This document shows, piece by piece, positions 47,723 through 55,796 of a stretch of 59,190 nucleotides of DNA (position 1 is its first letter; each line of letters starts with the position of its first letter). Location of the stretch: contig JBGTHM010000064.1 of assembly GCA_041746255.1 (NCBI GenBank), forward strand, positions 1-59,190, in the 5' to 3' direction. Under the pieces are notes generated by a model. That model saw only the letters and a list, made by a program, of their open reading frames with translations, did not search any database and had not been told where the DNA came from. A program made the translations under genes and the position numbers. Origin of the DNA: Fibrobacteria bacterium (lineage in GTDB: Bacteria; Fibrobacterota; Fibrobacteria; UBA11236).

Positions 47723-48613
47723 TTGGCGACTAAAAAATTAACCAATATCCGCGCCACCGCTGAACATCCGATTAATTCCAGATGGGACATGCAGTGGCTG
47801 TGGCAATACGACAATTTGCTGAAATTCCGGAAGAAAAAGCCCAATAAATGGCCGTCGCTCACCGATCAGCATCCCACCGGCAATCGCCTCGGACAGTGGG
47901 CACAACGGCAGAGAGATCTGCACGAGGCTCGACTACTGGCCAAAGAGCGCGTTGCCATGCTGAATAAAATCAGCTTTCCCTGGGAAAAGACCGATGGGCG
48001 GGATGTGCACTGGACGACGCAATACGGTCATTTGGTGGACTACCGGAAAAAGAACCCTAAAAAGTGGCCTTTCGCACGGGAGGAGTTCCCCAAGGGGAAT
48101 CGCCTGGGACTCTGGGTCTGGAGACAGCGGCAGAATTTTGCCACCGACATGATCTCCAAAGAGAGAATTCAACTTCTCAAAAAGATAGGCTTCCCCCTGG
48201 AATTGCCCGATCGTTGGGAAACCCATTTCTCCACGCTCAAAGACTACCGGAAAAAGAATCCCAATCGTTGGCCCAAGGCCCGTGAGGAATTTCCGGCGGG
48301 AAATCGCCTGGGTTTGTGGTGCCATCTGCAACGCTGCGCGTATAAGGCCGACAAGCTTTCGCGCGAACGCCTGAAGGCCCTGGAAGGCCTCGGCTTCCAG
48401 TGGAGCGTGAAGAGCATGAGCTGGGATCGCAACTACCAACTTCTCAAGGAGTACAAAAAGTCGGCTCCCAAGAAGTGGCCGGTTATCGACAGCTCCACGC
48501 CTGAAAATCGGAAGCTCATAACCTGGAGCAGCATCCAGCGGAACAAGCGGAAGAACAAGAAGCTGGAGAAAGAGAAGATAGCGGCTCTCGACAAAATCGG
48601 ATTCCGCTGGTAG
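47723..48613 (+). CDS. Stand-alone helicase-associated (HA) domain repeat protein, four repeats
   Basis: Four roughly 70-aa repeats W...Y..L..YRKK.P..WP......GNRLG.W...QR.......L..ER...L..IGF.W; TTG start with GGGGAAGGA SD. Confidence 0.8.
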   Translation: MATKKLTNIRATAEHPINSRWDMQWLWQYDNLLKFRKKKPNKWPSLTDQHPTGNRLGQWAQRQRDLHEARLLAKERVAMLNKISFPWEKTDGRDVHWTTQYGHLVDYRKKNPKKWPFAREEFPKGNRLGLWVWRQRQNFATDMISKERIQLLKKIGFPLELPDRWETHFSTLKDYRKKNPNRWPKAREEFPAGNRLGLWCHLQRCAYKADKLSRERLKALEGLGFQWSVKSMSWDRNYQLLKEYKKSAPKKWPVIDSSTPENRKLITWSSIQRNKRKNKKLEKEKIAALDKIGFRW

Positions 48614-48652
48614 CAAGGGCGTCTAACCCCTCCCTTACCTTCCGCCTGAATC

Positions 48653-48683
48653 AAAAGGGCCGCCCCTCCGGGCGGCCCTTTTT
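48653..48683. terminator. Bidirectional intrinsic terminator
   Basis: AAAAGGGCCGCCC-CTCC-GGGCGGCCCTTTTT between convergent genes. Confidence 0.85.
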
Positions 48684-48719
48684 CATTTCCGGCTGCGAGA
48701 TTCCTAAAGCCGCTTTCCC

Positions 48720-49319
48720 CTAAAGCTCCTTTTCAATGAACCGTTGTAAATCCGCATAGGCGTGGATGTTTCCGTATTGCGGAAATTCCTTGTTGATGCC
48801 CTCGGGCGCGCGGAAGAAGGTGGCGGTATGCGCCTCTTTGAGCATATGAATGTCGTTATAAGAGTCGCCGGCGGCCAGCACACGGAAATTGAGCGACCGA
48901 AAAGCCTTCACGGCTTCCGCCTTAGCGTTTTCCTGGCGTAGGGAAAATTCCAGCCGGCCCGATTGCCGGTTCTGCCTGATGGTGTGGCAAAAAAGCGTAG
49001 GGTAACCCAGGAGTTTCATGAAATGGTCCGCGAAGCCGTAGAAGGTATCGGAGAGGATGACGACCTGGTAACGCGCGCGCGCCCAGTCGAGGAATTCGCG
49101 CGCGCCATCCATGCAGGGCAGTTCGGCGATATACTCCCGGATGTTCTCCAGGGTGATCCCGTTTTCCTGGCACACCTCCACGCGCCTTTCCATGAGTTCG
49201 CGATAGTCCTTGACATCGCGGGTGGTCAATCTCAGGCCTTGCACCTGCGTCCTGTCGGCCACGTGCAACCAAATCTCCGGGATAAGCACTCCCTCCAAGT
49301 CGAGGCATATCAGCTTCAC
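48720..49319 (-). CDS. thrH: Phosphoserine phosphatase / homoserine phosphotransferase ThrH
   Basis: CLDLEGVLIPEIW, TTRD, ILSDTF, AAGDSYND. Confidence 0.93.
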   Translation of the reverse strand: MKLICLDLEGVLIPEIWLHVADRTQVQGLRLTTRDVKDYRELMERRVEVCQENGITLENIREYIAELPCMDGAREFLDWARARYQVVILSDTFYGFADHFMKLLGYPTLFCHTIRQNRQSGRLEFSLRQENAKAEAVKAFRSLNFRVLAAGDSYNDIHMLKEAHTATFFRAPEGINKEFPQYGNIHAYADLQRFIEKEL

Positions 49320-49356
49320 CGCAAATCCTTCCTGAATGAATGTTTCCGGAGCGTCC

Positions 49357-49674
49357 TTAGATGTCCAGATCCGCTTCCGGGTTGTTGGGTCCGGGCAGCG
49401 GTTGCACGGGTCCGAAATTGCGCTCGAAGCGCGACATGTTTTCCTGCAAAGTGGCTATGAGCGCCTTGGCATGCTGCGGCGTCATAATGATGCGGCTATA
49501 CACTTTGCCTTTGGGTGGTCCGGGCAGAAGCCGGGCGAAATCGATCACGAATTCGGAAGAGGAGTGACTTACCAGCACCAGGTTCGCGTAAATGCCTTCG
49601 GCGGCGGCTTCGGAAAGCTCGATATTGATGCGGGGCTGATTATTGTCGTCGGAGTCGGGATTGAAAGATACCAT
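49357..49674 (-). CDS. DUF3467 family protein
   Basis: GIYANL, SEFVIDF, SRIIMTPQHAK, FE..FG. Confidence 0.88.
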   Translation of the reverse strand: MVSFNPDSDDNNQPRINIELSEAAAEGIYANLVLVSHSSSEFVIDFARLLPGPPKGKVYSRIIMTPQHAKALIATLQENMSRFERNFGPVQPLPGPNNPEADLDI

Positions 49675-49731
49675 GCCGGCAAATATAGCATTCCCGGCTC
49701 GCGCACCGTCAAGCGCGGCCGCGGACCCGCA

Positions 49732-50739
49732 TCAACTGCGACCGGGGTAGGAATAGCGGTATTCGCCTTGCTCCATCAAAAGCGCGCTTAATCTCCCCCC
49801 ATAGACCTTGCCGATGCCCGTGTCCGTGCAAAACAGCTGATTGTCATAGAGAGGCAGGATATCGCCCGCCCGGTTTTTATCGATATGAAAAGTAGGGGTG
49901 TGGCCAACCACCATGGCTGTGCACCGGTGGAAGCGCAACACATCTTCCAACTCCTCGCGCATCGATTCGGTTGGCCGCAGGGCATACTCCCGGGTCCATT
50001 GAGGACCCCTTCTCCCCAAGTGGTAGGCGCTTGAATCGAAATTCCCTTCTTCCAGCCGCAGCTCCTCGCAGATTCTCTCATTGAGTAGCGCCAAGGACTC
50101 GAATCCGAAATCCCGCGTCAGACCCCCATGTACGAAAAGCATGCCATTGATTTTCATGGCGGAATTCAGCCCCGTCATCCACTGGCCCACCCGGCCTTTG
50201 GGCGAGAGGTCGAAGCGCAATTTGTGCGGCAAATCCGCCTTTTTGGCTTGGGGGGCCGCCGACCAGTCGGGCCGGGAAATCTCCACCTCGTCGCCACCCT
50301 CCTCATGGAAGGAAAACTCCCCCCTCTGTTCCAGAAAGTCACGAACTTCTTCCGGCGTACGATAGGCGTGAAATCCACACAGACTCATGGTTTCGTGATT
50401 GCCCAACAGCGTGTGGACTTCGGAATCGTATTGACGAGCTTCCGCTTCCAGTCGACGCAGCAGCGTGAGGATTTTGCCGGGCTCTCCACCTCTTCCCAAA
50501 ACGTCGCCCATTTGCACCAGGTGGGTTCGCCGGGCGATCCAGCGATTGGCGGAATTGATCAAACCGCAATGCCTTAAAATGGCGCAAAATCCGGCGTAAT
50601 TTCCATGGAGGTCACCTACGGCCACCACGCGCTCAACATCGTCGTAAATGCATGGACGCAAAACCGACCTCCTTGGCTCAAAGTATAGGGTTGGCAAAGT
50701 CAAGACGCCACAAATGGGAAGTCGGCGCGAAGTCGGCAA
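49732..50739 (-). CDS. Calcineurin-like metallophosphoesterase (Shewanella-like phosphatase type)
   Basis: GDLHG, GDVLGRG, GNHE, HGG, VVGHT, DTG; start uncertain (possibly TTG 50661). Confidence 0.88.
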   Translation of the reverse strand: MPTSRRLPICGVLTLPTLYFEPRRSVLRPCIYDDVERVVAVGDLHGNYAGFCAILRHCGLINSANRWIARRTHLVQMGDVLGRGGEPGKILTLLRRLEAEARQYDSEVHTLLGNHETMSLCGFHAYRTPEEVRDFLEQRGEFSFHEEGGDEVEISRPDWSAAPQAKKADLPHKLRFDLSPKGRVGQWMTGLNSAMKINGMLFVHGGLTRDFGFESLALLNERICEELRLEEGNFDSSAYHLGRRGPQWTREYALRPTESMREELEDVLRFHRCTAMVVGHTPTFHIDKNRAGDILPLYDNQLFCTDTGIGKVYGGRLSALLMEQGEYRYSYPGRS

Positions 50740-50849
50740 ATGGGTATTTTGTTCCCCTCCGAAGGGGGGTAAAGGGCCCGAAAGGCTGGGCCAATTGTTC
50801 CTATATTTGTGCGCCTTGCCAAAGGCGAGTCGGAAAGAAGGCGGGCTGA

Positions 50850-52238
50850 GTGGAAAGAATCAAGGATTCATGCGGAATTATGGGGATTTACGGCGGTCCG
50901 GAAATCACCCGCAGGGTGATCATGGGCTTGTACTCTCTGCAACACCGGGGACAGGAATCGGTAGGGGTGGCAACCGCGGACGGCAACACCATCACGGCCT
51001 TGAAACGCATGGGACTGGTTACCGAGCTGAAGCGGGACGAAAAGGAAATCGAGGCCATGACGGGCCATGCCTCCATCGGCCATGTCCGCTATTCCACCAC
51101 GGGCACCTCCTCCCTGGGAAACGCCCAGCCCATGCTGGTCACCACACGCTACGGCATGCTGGCGGTGGCCCATAACGGCAATATCGTCAACGCTCCCGAA
51201 ATCCGGGAACGCATGGTGGATGAGGGGAATATCTTCCAAACCACCGCCGATACCGAAATCATTCTCCACTTAATCGCGCGCTCCCGCAAAGAGACCTTGG
51301 TCGAGGCCATCGCCGACACCCTGGTGCAGTTGACGGGCGCCTTCTGCCTGGTTTTTCTCTCGAAGGAGGCCATTTATGTGGCCCGCGACGGTTATGGCTT
51401 CAGACCCCTATGCCTGGGGCGTCTGGATAAATCATGGGTTGTGGCTTCGGAAACCTGCGCGCTGGATTTGCTCGGGGCGAGTTATGTCCGCGACATCCAG
51501 CCGGGCGAACTGTGTTCCATTACCAGCGAGGGCGTCACCTCGCAGCAATTCATCCAGAAAAGCCGCAAGGCGCATTGCATTTTCGAATTCATTTATTTCT
51601 CGCGTCCCGACTCCCGTATTTTCGAGGAAAGTTGCGACAAAATCCGGCGTAAAATCGGGAAGGCTTTGGCCAAGGAGCATCCGGTGGACGCCGATGTGGT
51701 GATTTCCGTGCCGGATTCGTCGAATACCGCGGCGCTGGGGTATGCCCAGGAATCGGGAATCCCTTTCGACATCGGATTGTTGCGTAACCATTATGTAGGA
51801 CGCACTTTCATCGATCCTTCCCAAAACGTACGCGATCAAAAAGTGAAGCTGAAATTCAATACCATCGCCGGAGTGCTCCGGGGCAAGCGCGTGGTGATGG
51901 TGGACGATTCCATCGTGCGCGGAACCACTTTGAAGATTTTGACCAAGATGTTGCGCGATGGCGGCGCCAAAGAGGTGCACATCCGCATCAGCTCCCCTCC
52001 CGTGGTCAACCCGTGTTTTTACGGCATGGACTTCCCATCGAAAACCGAGCTTATCGCCAGCAATCTCAGCATCGAGGAAACCTCCAAGTTACTGGGAGCC
52101 GATTCGCTGCGCTATCTGAGCATCGGAGGGCTGAAGGCCGCGGCGCCCCATAATCGCGGCGATTATTGTTCGGCTTGCTTCGACGGAAAATATCCGGAGG
52201 AGATTCCCCAGGGCAGCACCAAGTTCCGTTGTGAATAA
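50850..52238 (+). CDS. purF: Amidophosphoribosyltransferase
   Basis: Propeptide then CGI, LQHRGQES, GHVRYST, HNGN, VDDSIVRGTT, C..CF 4Fe-4S motif. Confidence 0.97.
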   Translation: MERIKDSCGIMGIYGGPEITRRVIMGLYSLQHRGQESVGVATADGNTITALKRMGLVTELKRDEKEIEAMTGHASIGHVRYSTTGTSSLGNAQPMLVTTRYGMLAVAHNGNIVNAPEIRERMVDEGNIFQTTADTEIILHLIARSRKETLVEAIADTLVQLTGAFCLVFLSKEAIYVARDGYGFRPLCLGRLDKSWVVASETCALDLLGASYVRDIQPGELCSITSEGVTSQQFIQKSRKAHCIFEFIYFSRPDSRIFEESCDKIRRKIGKALAKEHPVDADVVISVPDSSNTAALGYAQESGIPFDIGLLRNHYVGRTFIDPSQNVRDQKVKLKFNTIAGVLRGKRVVMVDDSIVRGTTLKILTKMLRDGGAKEVHIRISSPPVVNPCFYGMDFPSKTELIASNLSIEETSKLLGADSLRYLSIGGLKAAAPHNRGDYCSACFDGKYPEEIPQGSTKFRCE

Positions 52239-52266
52239 GGTTAAAGTCTTTTAACCTTATTTCTTT
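52234..52266 (+). terminator. Putative terminator of purF
   Basis: Perfect 12-bp stem AATAAGGTTAAA-GTCT-TTTAACCTTATT followed by TCTTT. Confidence 0.6.
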
Positions 52267-52419
52267 GGATTCGTAAGCTCCGTCAACATATCCCCATTGG
52301 CAAGCCCTCTAATCGAAAGAGGGGTGCAACAGGGGATGGCACTTAACTGCACACCCAAGCTTCGACCACTTCACTCTTAATCCAGCCGTTTGAGAAGATT
52401 GAGGCTGAATAGTCTGTTT

Positions 52420-52473
52420 TTATACTCCTATAGAATTTAATGACCTTTAAAATTCTAATTATTAGAGTATAAT
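52420..52473 (+). promoter_or_regulatory. AT-rich nested inverted repeat overlapping a TATAAT -10 box (candidate operator)
   Basis: TTATACTC(52420-27)/GAGTATAA(52465-72), TAGAATTT(52431-38)/AAATTCTA(52450-57); TATAAT at 52468-73. Confidence 0.55.
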
Positions 52474-52481
52474 TGCTCATT

Positions 52482-52559
52482 ATGGATCACAAACACCTAA
52501 ATAAGGCTTTGACCCTTCTAGGCAAACTCTTACATGATATCCTCACCGGAAACCACTAG
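52482..52559 (+). pseudogene. 25-codon mini-ORF, possible internally deleted nucleotidyltransferase (DUF6036/AbiEii-like) remnant
   Basis: MDHKHLNKALTLLGKLLHDILTGNH*; starts just after the -10 box and overlaps the next start; resemblance judged by eye only. Confidence 0.35.
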
Positions 52560-53544
52560 GCGAGAACTACTGGGGAAGGTGTTAAGGCTTCTATGGCTCC
52601 AATGGACGGAACTAGGGCTGAGCGGTCACGGTAGTCATTCCAACCCCTGGGTTTTGGACCCGGAAGCCCTCTTGCTCGCTACTTGTCATTTCGGCAGGTA
52701 TGACCCCCGCCTATTCGACGAAGTGGTTGACTGGCTGGGTACGAATGGCGGAATTATCAACCTGCAGCGGCTTAAGAACATTAACCAGCGGTTGGAATTT
52801 TTCCAAGAACATACTTTGTCCGCATTGGGAAGCCACCTGTGCGGGAAGACGAATTTGGAGAAATGGAAATCTGTTATCCTGACTACTAAAACCAGAAATC
52901 AGGAACCCTATTTTCGGGACGGAAGAACTTTCCAACCCTTCATTCAGGTCAGCGAGCCCGACCCGGCCTTTGCGAAAAATGGATGGTTGAGACCTCCTTT
53001 GAGCTTCAGCCGAAAATCGAGGGCCGTTCACGGCAATGGTACCACCAGGCTCCTCATTCGTTTGCGAGCGCTCTTCGGTGTGAACGCCCGCGCTGAAATT
53101 CTTGGCTATTTGCTTACCCATGAAAGCGTACATCCCAGTGGGCTGGCCGCATCGCTGAGCTACGACCAACGATCGGTGCAGGATAACCTAGTGTCAATGT
53201 ACGCCAGCGACCTGCTGGTCCTATGCAAAAAGGGGAGGGAAAAACACTATGGACTCAACAGAGAGGCCTGGTTGCAGCTTTTTGGCGCAAAGGCGGAAAT
53301 ACCCGTGTGGATACGCTGGCCATGGGCATACCGGGGATTAATCACCCTATTCGATGGCTTAGAAGGAATTCCGGATGGAGAAGATTCGCTCTACCTCTCC
53401 GCGCGAATCCGATCCTTCGCTGAAAAAGTTCGTGAGGATTTGCAGAGCAGTAAATTGGGATGGAACCTGCCTTCACCTACATTGTACCCGGGGGAATCCT
53501 ACGTCGAAGTATTTTTGGAGGGAGTAAGGAAAATTCTTGATTGA
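52534..53544 (+). CDS. Hypothetical protein with C-terminal winged-helix, resembling partners of DUF6036-type nucleotidyltransferases
   Basis: LWLQWTELG, DPEALLL, RYDPRLFDEV.DWL, LRALFGVNARAEIL.YLL wHTH; lower GC than neighbours. Confidence 0.65.
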   Translation: MISSPETTRRELLGKVLRLLWLQWTELGLSGHGSHSNPWVLDPEALLLATCHFGRYDPRLFDEVVDWLGTNGGIINLQRLKNINQRLEFFQEHTLSALGSHLCGKTNLEKWKSVILTTKTRNQEPYFRDGRTFQPFIQVSEPDPAFAKNGWLRPPLSFSRKSRAVHGNGTTRLLIRLRALFGVNARAEILGYLLTHESVHPSGLAASLSYDQRSVQDNLVSMYASDLLVLCKKGREKHYGLNREAWLQLFGAKAEIPVWIRWPWAYRGLITLFDGLEGIPDGEDSLYLSARIRSFAEKVREDLQSSKLGWNLPSPTLYPGESYVEVFLEGVRKILD

Positions 53545-53556
53545 AAAGAGGAAATT

Positions 53557-53633
53557 TGGTGGTCGTTGAAGGATTTGAACCTTCGACCCCATCGATGTGA
53601 ACGATGTACTCTAACCAACTGAGCTAAACGACC
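53557..53633 (-). tRNA. tRNA-Val (anticodon CAC)
   Basis: Minus strand GGTCGTTTAGCTCAGTTGGTTAGAGTACATCGTT-CAC-ATCGATGGGGTCGAAGGTTCAAATCCTTCAACGACCACCA; full cloverleaf with encoded CCA. Confidence 0.97.
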
Positions 53634-53722
53634 GGGGAGACCCAATATAGTAATCGGATGCCGAGCTTGGGCGGCTCACTCCGGCACCGGCTTAGGCCAA
53701 CCTATTCCTATTAAGACCGGCT

Positions 53723-54445
53723 CTAGAAACCCATGGTCCGTATATCCGCGAAGACCCCGGACTGCATTTCCAACAAGCGCCCGAAGGCCTGGGATAGTCG
53801 GGGTGCGAGCTTATCAGGGGGCGGCATTTGCGAGGTTCCCCGCGCTTTGCGAAGGCGGTCGAAATTGGAAAATCGTGCGTCGGGCGCCAGCGAGGCGATA
53901 TGGGCCTGCATGCCCGTATCCACCAGGCCGGGGGCCAAAGCGCTGAAATGGGTTTCCGGCCGTTCGGCCGCATAGAGCTGAATCAGCATGTTCAGCGCCG
54001 CCTTGGAGATGGAATAACCATTCCACCCCCGCGCTCCCGATACGGCGGCTCCCGAAGAAATAGCAACCACTTGCTTGATTTTAAGCGACCCGCCACCCGT
54101 TTGATACAGAGTGTCTAAAAGCACCTTATTGGCCCAGACATTCACATCCATGACTTGCTTGAGTTCTTCCAAGGATACCTCTCCCATATCGCCTACCCGG
54201 CCCAGAATGCCCGCATTCAGGACGACCAGATCCAGTTCGGGAATACCGTTCAGAAAAGCGGGTAGCGATTGTTCCAGGGCCTCGAAATCGGCCAGGTCGA
54301 GGGGAAGAAAATGCGCTTTGGAATTACCGTTCCAGGATTCGGGTGGGTGGCGGCTGATTCCGAATACCTCATCGCCGTTCTCCAGATAATTTTCCGCAAG
54401 GGCGCGTCCTATCCCGCTATGCACTCCGGTTATCAGTATGCGCAT
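53723..54445 (-). CDS. Short-chain dehydrogenase/reductase (sepiapterin/benzil reductase-like)
   Basis: TGVHSGIG, LNAG, ISSGAA, YSISK, PGLVDT. Confidence 0.92.
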   Translation of the reverse strand: MRILITGVHSGIGRALAENYLENGDEVFGISRHPPESWNGNSKAHFLPLDLADFEALEQSLPAFLNGIPELDLVVLNAGILGRVGDMGEVSLEELKQVMDVNVWANKVLLDTLYQTGGGSLKIKQVVAISSGAAVSGARGWNGYSISKAALNMLIQLYAAERPETHFSALAPGLVDTGMQAHIASLAPDARFSNFDRLRKARGTSQMPPPDKLAPRLSQAFGRLLEMQSGVFADIRTMGF

Positions 54446-54489
54446 CCGATATCTCCTGGTTGGCTTCGATTATGGAATGGCGACTGGGG

Positions 54490-54521
54490 AAAAATAAAAA
54501 CGCCCCGAGCTAGCGGGGCGT
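54490..54521 (-). terminator. Intrinsic terminator downstream of the rhodanese gene
   Basis: Minus strand ACGCCCCG-CTAGCT-CGGGGCGT followed by TTTTATTTTT. Confidence 0.75.
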
Positions 54522-54552
54522 CATTCGATGAAGTTGTGGGAAAAAACCGAAA

Positions 54553-55062
54553 TCAACCTTCTTGAACGGGAGCGGGCTTGGCCAATCCGAGGCCGGAAGC
54601 GTTCCAATCCTTAAGGCCGCCTTTGTAATGGCGCACGTTCTTATAGCCCAGCTCGTCAAGCTTATCCGCAGCGGAGCACCAGGCATCGCATCCGGGACCA
54701 CCGCAATAGGCGACTATCAATGCGTCTTTATCTTCGGGAAGCACTTCGGGCAATTTATCACCTGTGGCCGCCAAGCTTATCGCTCCGGGAATGTGACCCT
54801 TGGCATAGGATTCCGCTCCATTGGCGTCGATGAGAACGATGCCGCCGTTTTTCATGGCGGCTTGCAATTCTTTCCTATCGATTTGTTGAAACTTGGAATA
54901 GTCTTTTTTCTCTCCGGTTTTAATGGCCTTGGCTTCCACCGCCGAGCCTTTGGTTTTTTCCGCTTTGCCATGACAGGCTTCACCGGCAAAAACGGGAGCG
55001 ACGGATAATGCGGCTCCAAGCATCAGGGATAATGAAAAAGGTCCGAATGGGGATTTACGCAT
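54553..55062 (-). CDS. Exported rhodanese-like domain protein
   Basis: Signal peptide, LIDAN, GHIPGA, YCGGPGC, YKGGLKDW. Confidence 0.88.
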   Translation of the reverse strand: MRKSPFGPFSLSLMLGAALSVAPVFAGEACHGKAEKTKGSAVEAKAIKTGEKKDYSKFQQIDRKELQAAMKNGGIVLIDANGAESYAKGHIPGAISLAATGDKLPEVLPEDKDALIVAYCGGPGCDAWCSAADKLDELGYKNVRHYKGGLKDWNASGLGLAKPAPVQEG

Positions 55063-55171
55063 GATTGCCTCCGGGCTATATGGGGGATGGATATTTAAGT
55101 ATAAGAATATCGCTTCCCAAAGGAAAACGCCGGGGGGTTTTACCGGACGGAACGCTCAAAATGGGTCCAAT

Positions 55172-55795
55172 TCACGGCTTCGTATCAGAGGCAATACGTC
55201 GCGCCATGATTTCCCGCCAGATTTCGGTGATTTGTTCCTTGAGGTTTTCGAGGCTTCCCACGTTGGAAATAACGATGTGGGCTTTGGCGGCTTTGTCGGA
55301 TTCGGGCATTTGACTGGCTATGCGCTGCTCCGCTTGTACGCGGGTATAACCGCTGCGCTGCATCAGGCGTTCCCGGCGCAAGGCTTCGGGGGCGGTAACC
55401 ATAACCAGTAAATCCATTTCGTCGGCCATACCCCATTCCACTATCAGGGCCGCGTCCACCACCACGCAATCATGATCGGCGAACAGGGCTTCAATACGTT
55501 CATGGAGTTGCCGGAAAAGCGCCGGGCGTACCAAGGCGTTGAGGCGCTCCAATTGCTCTTTGTCTGAGAAAACCATTTCAGCCAATAGGGCGCGATTGAT
55601 TTCCCCCGATGGACTTAATACTTCCTCTCCAAAAGTCTGCGCCAGGTTCAGTCGCAATTCCGCATTGGTTTGGTAAAGTTCATGGGCGGCGACATCCGCG
55701 TCTACCAAGGCGCATCCTCTGTCCTTAAGCAACTGAGCCACCGTCGACTTGCCGCTGGCGATATTTCCGGTGACGCCGACCAGTACCTTGGCCAT
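55172..55795 (-). CDS. coaE: Dephospho-CoA kinase
   Basis: GVTGNIASGKST, DAD, VF, RIASQM; start re-called to ATG 55795. Confidence 0.93.
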   Translation of the reverse strand: MAKVLVGVTGNIASGKSTVAQLLKDRGCALVDADVAAHELYQTNAELRLNLAQTFGEEVLSPSGEINRALLAEMVFSDKEQLERLNALVRPALFRQLHERIEALFADHDCVVVDAALIVEWGMADEMDLLVMVTAPEALRRERLMQRSGYTRVQAEQRIASQMPESDKAAKAHIVISNVGSLENLKEQITEIWREIMARRIASDTKP

Positions 55796-55796
55796 G

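Noticed and set aside
47434..47741. Small ORFs 47434..47706 and 47478..47741
   Set aside because: Mutually overlapping with no motifs or clear SD; treated as non-coding.
52260..52420. att-site duplication of the tRNA-Val 3' end or an integrase-bearing island
   Set aside because: No direct repeat of TGGTGGTCG found by eye (CTTCGACCAC near 52360 is short and unconvincing), and there is no integrase.
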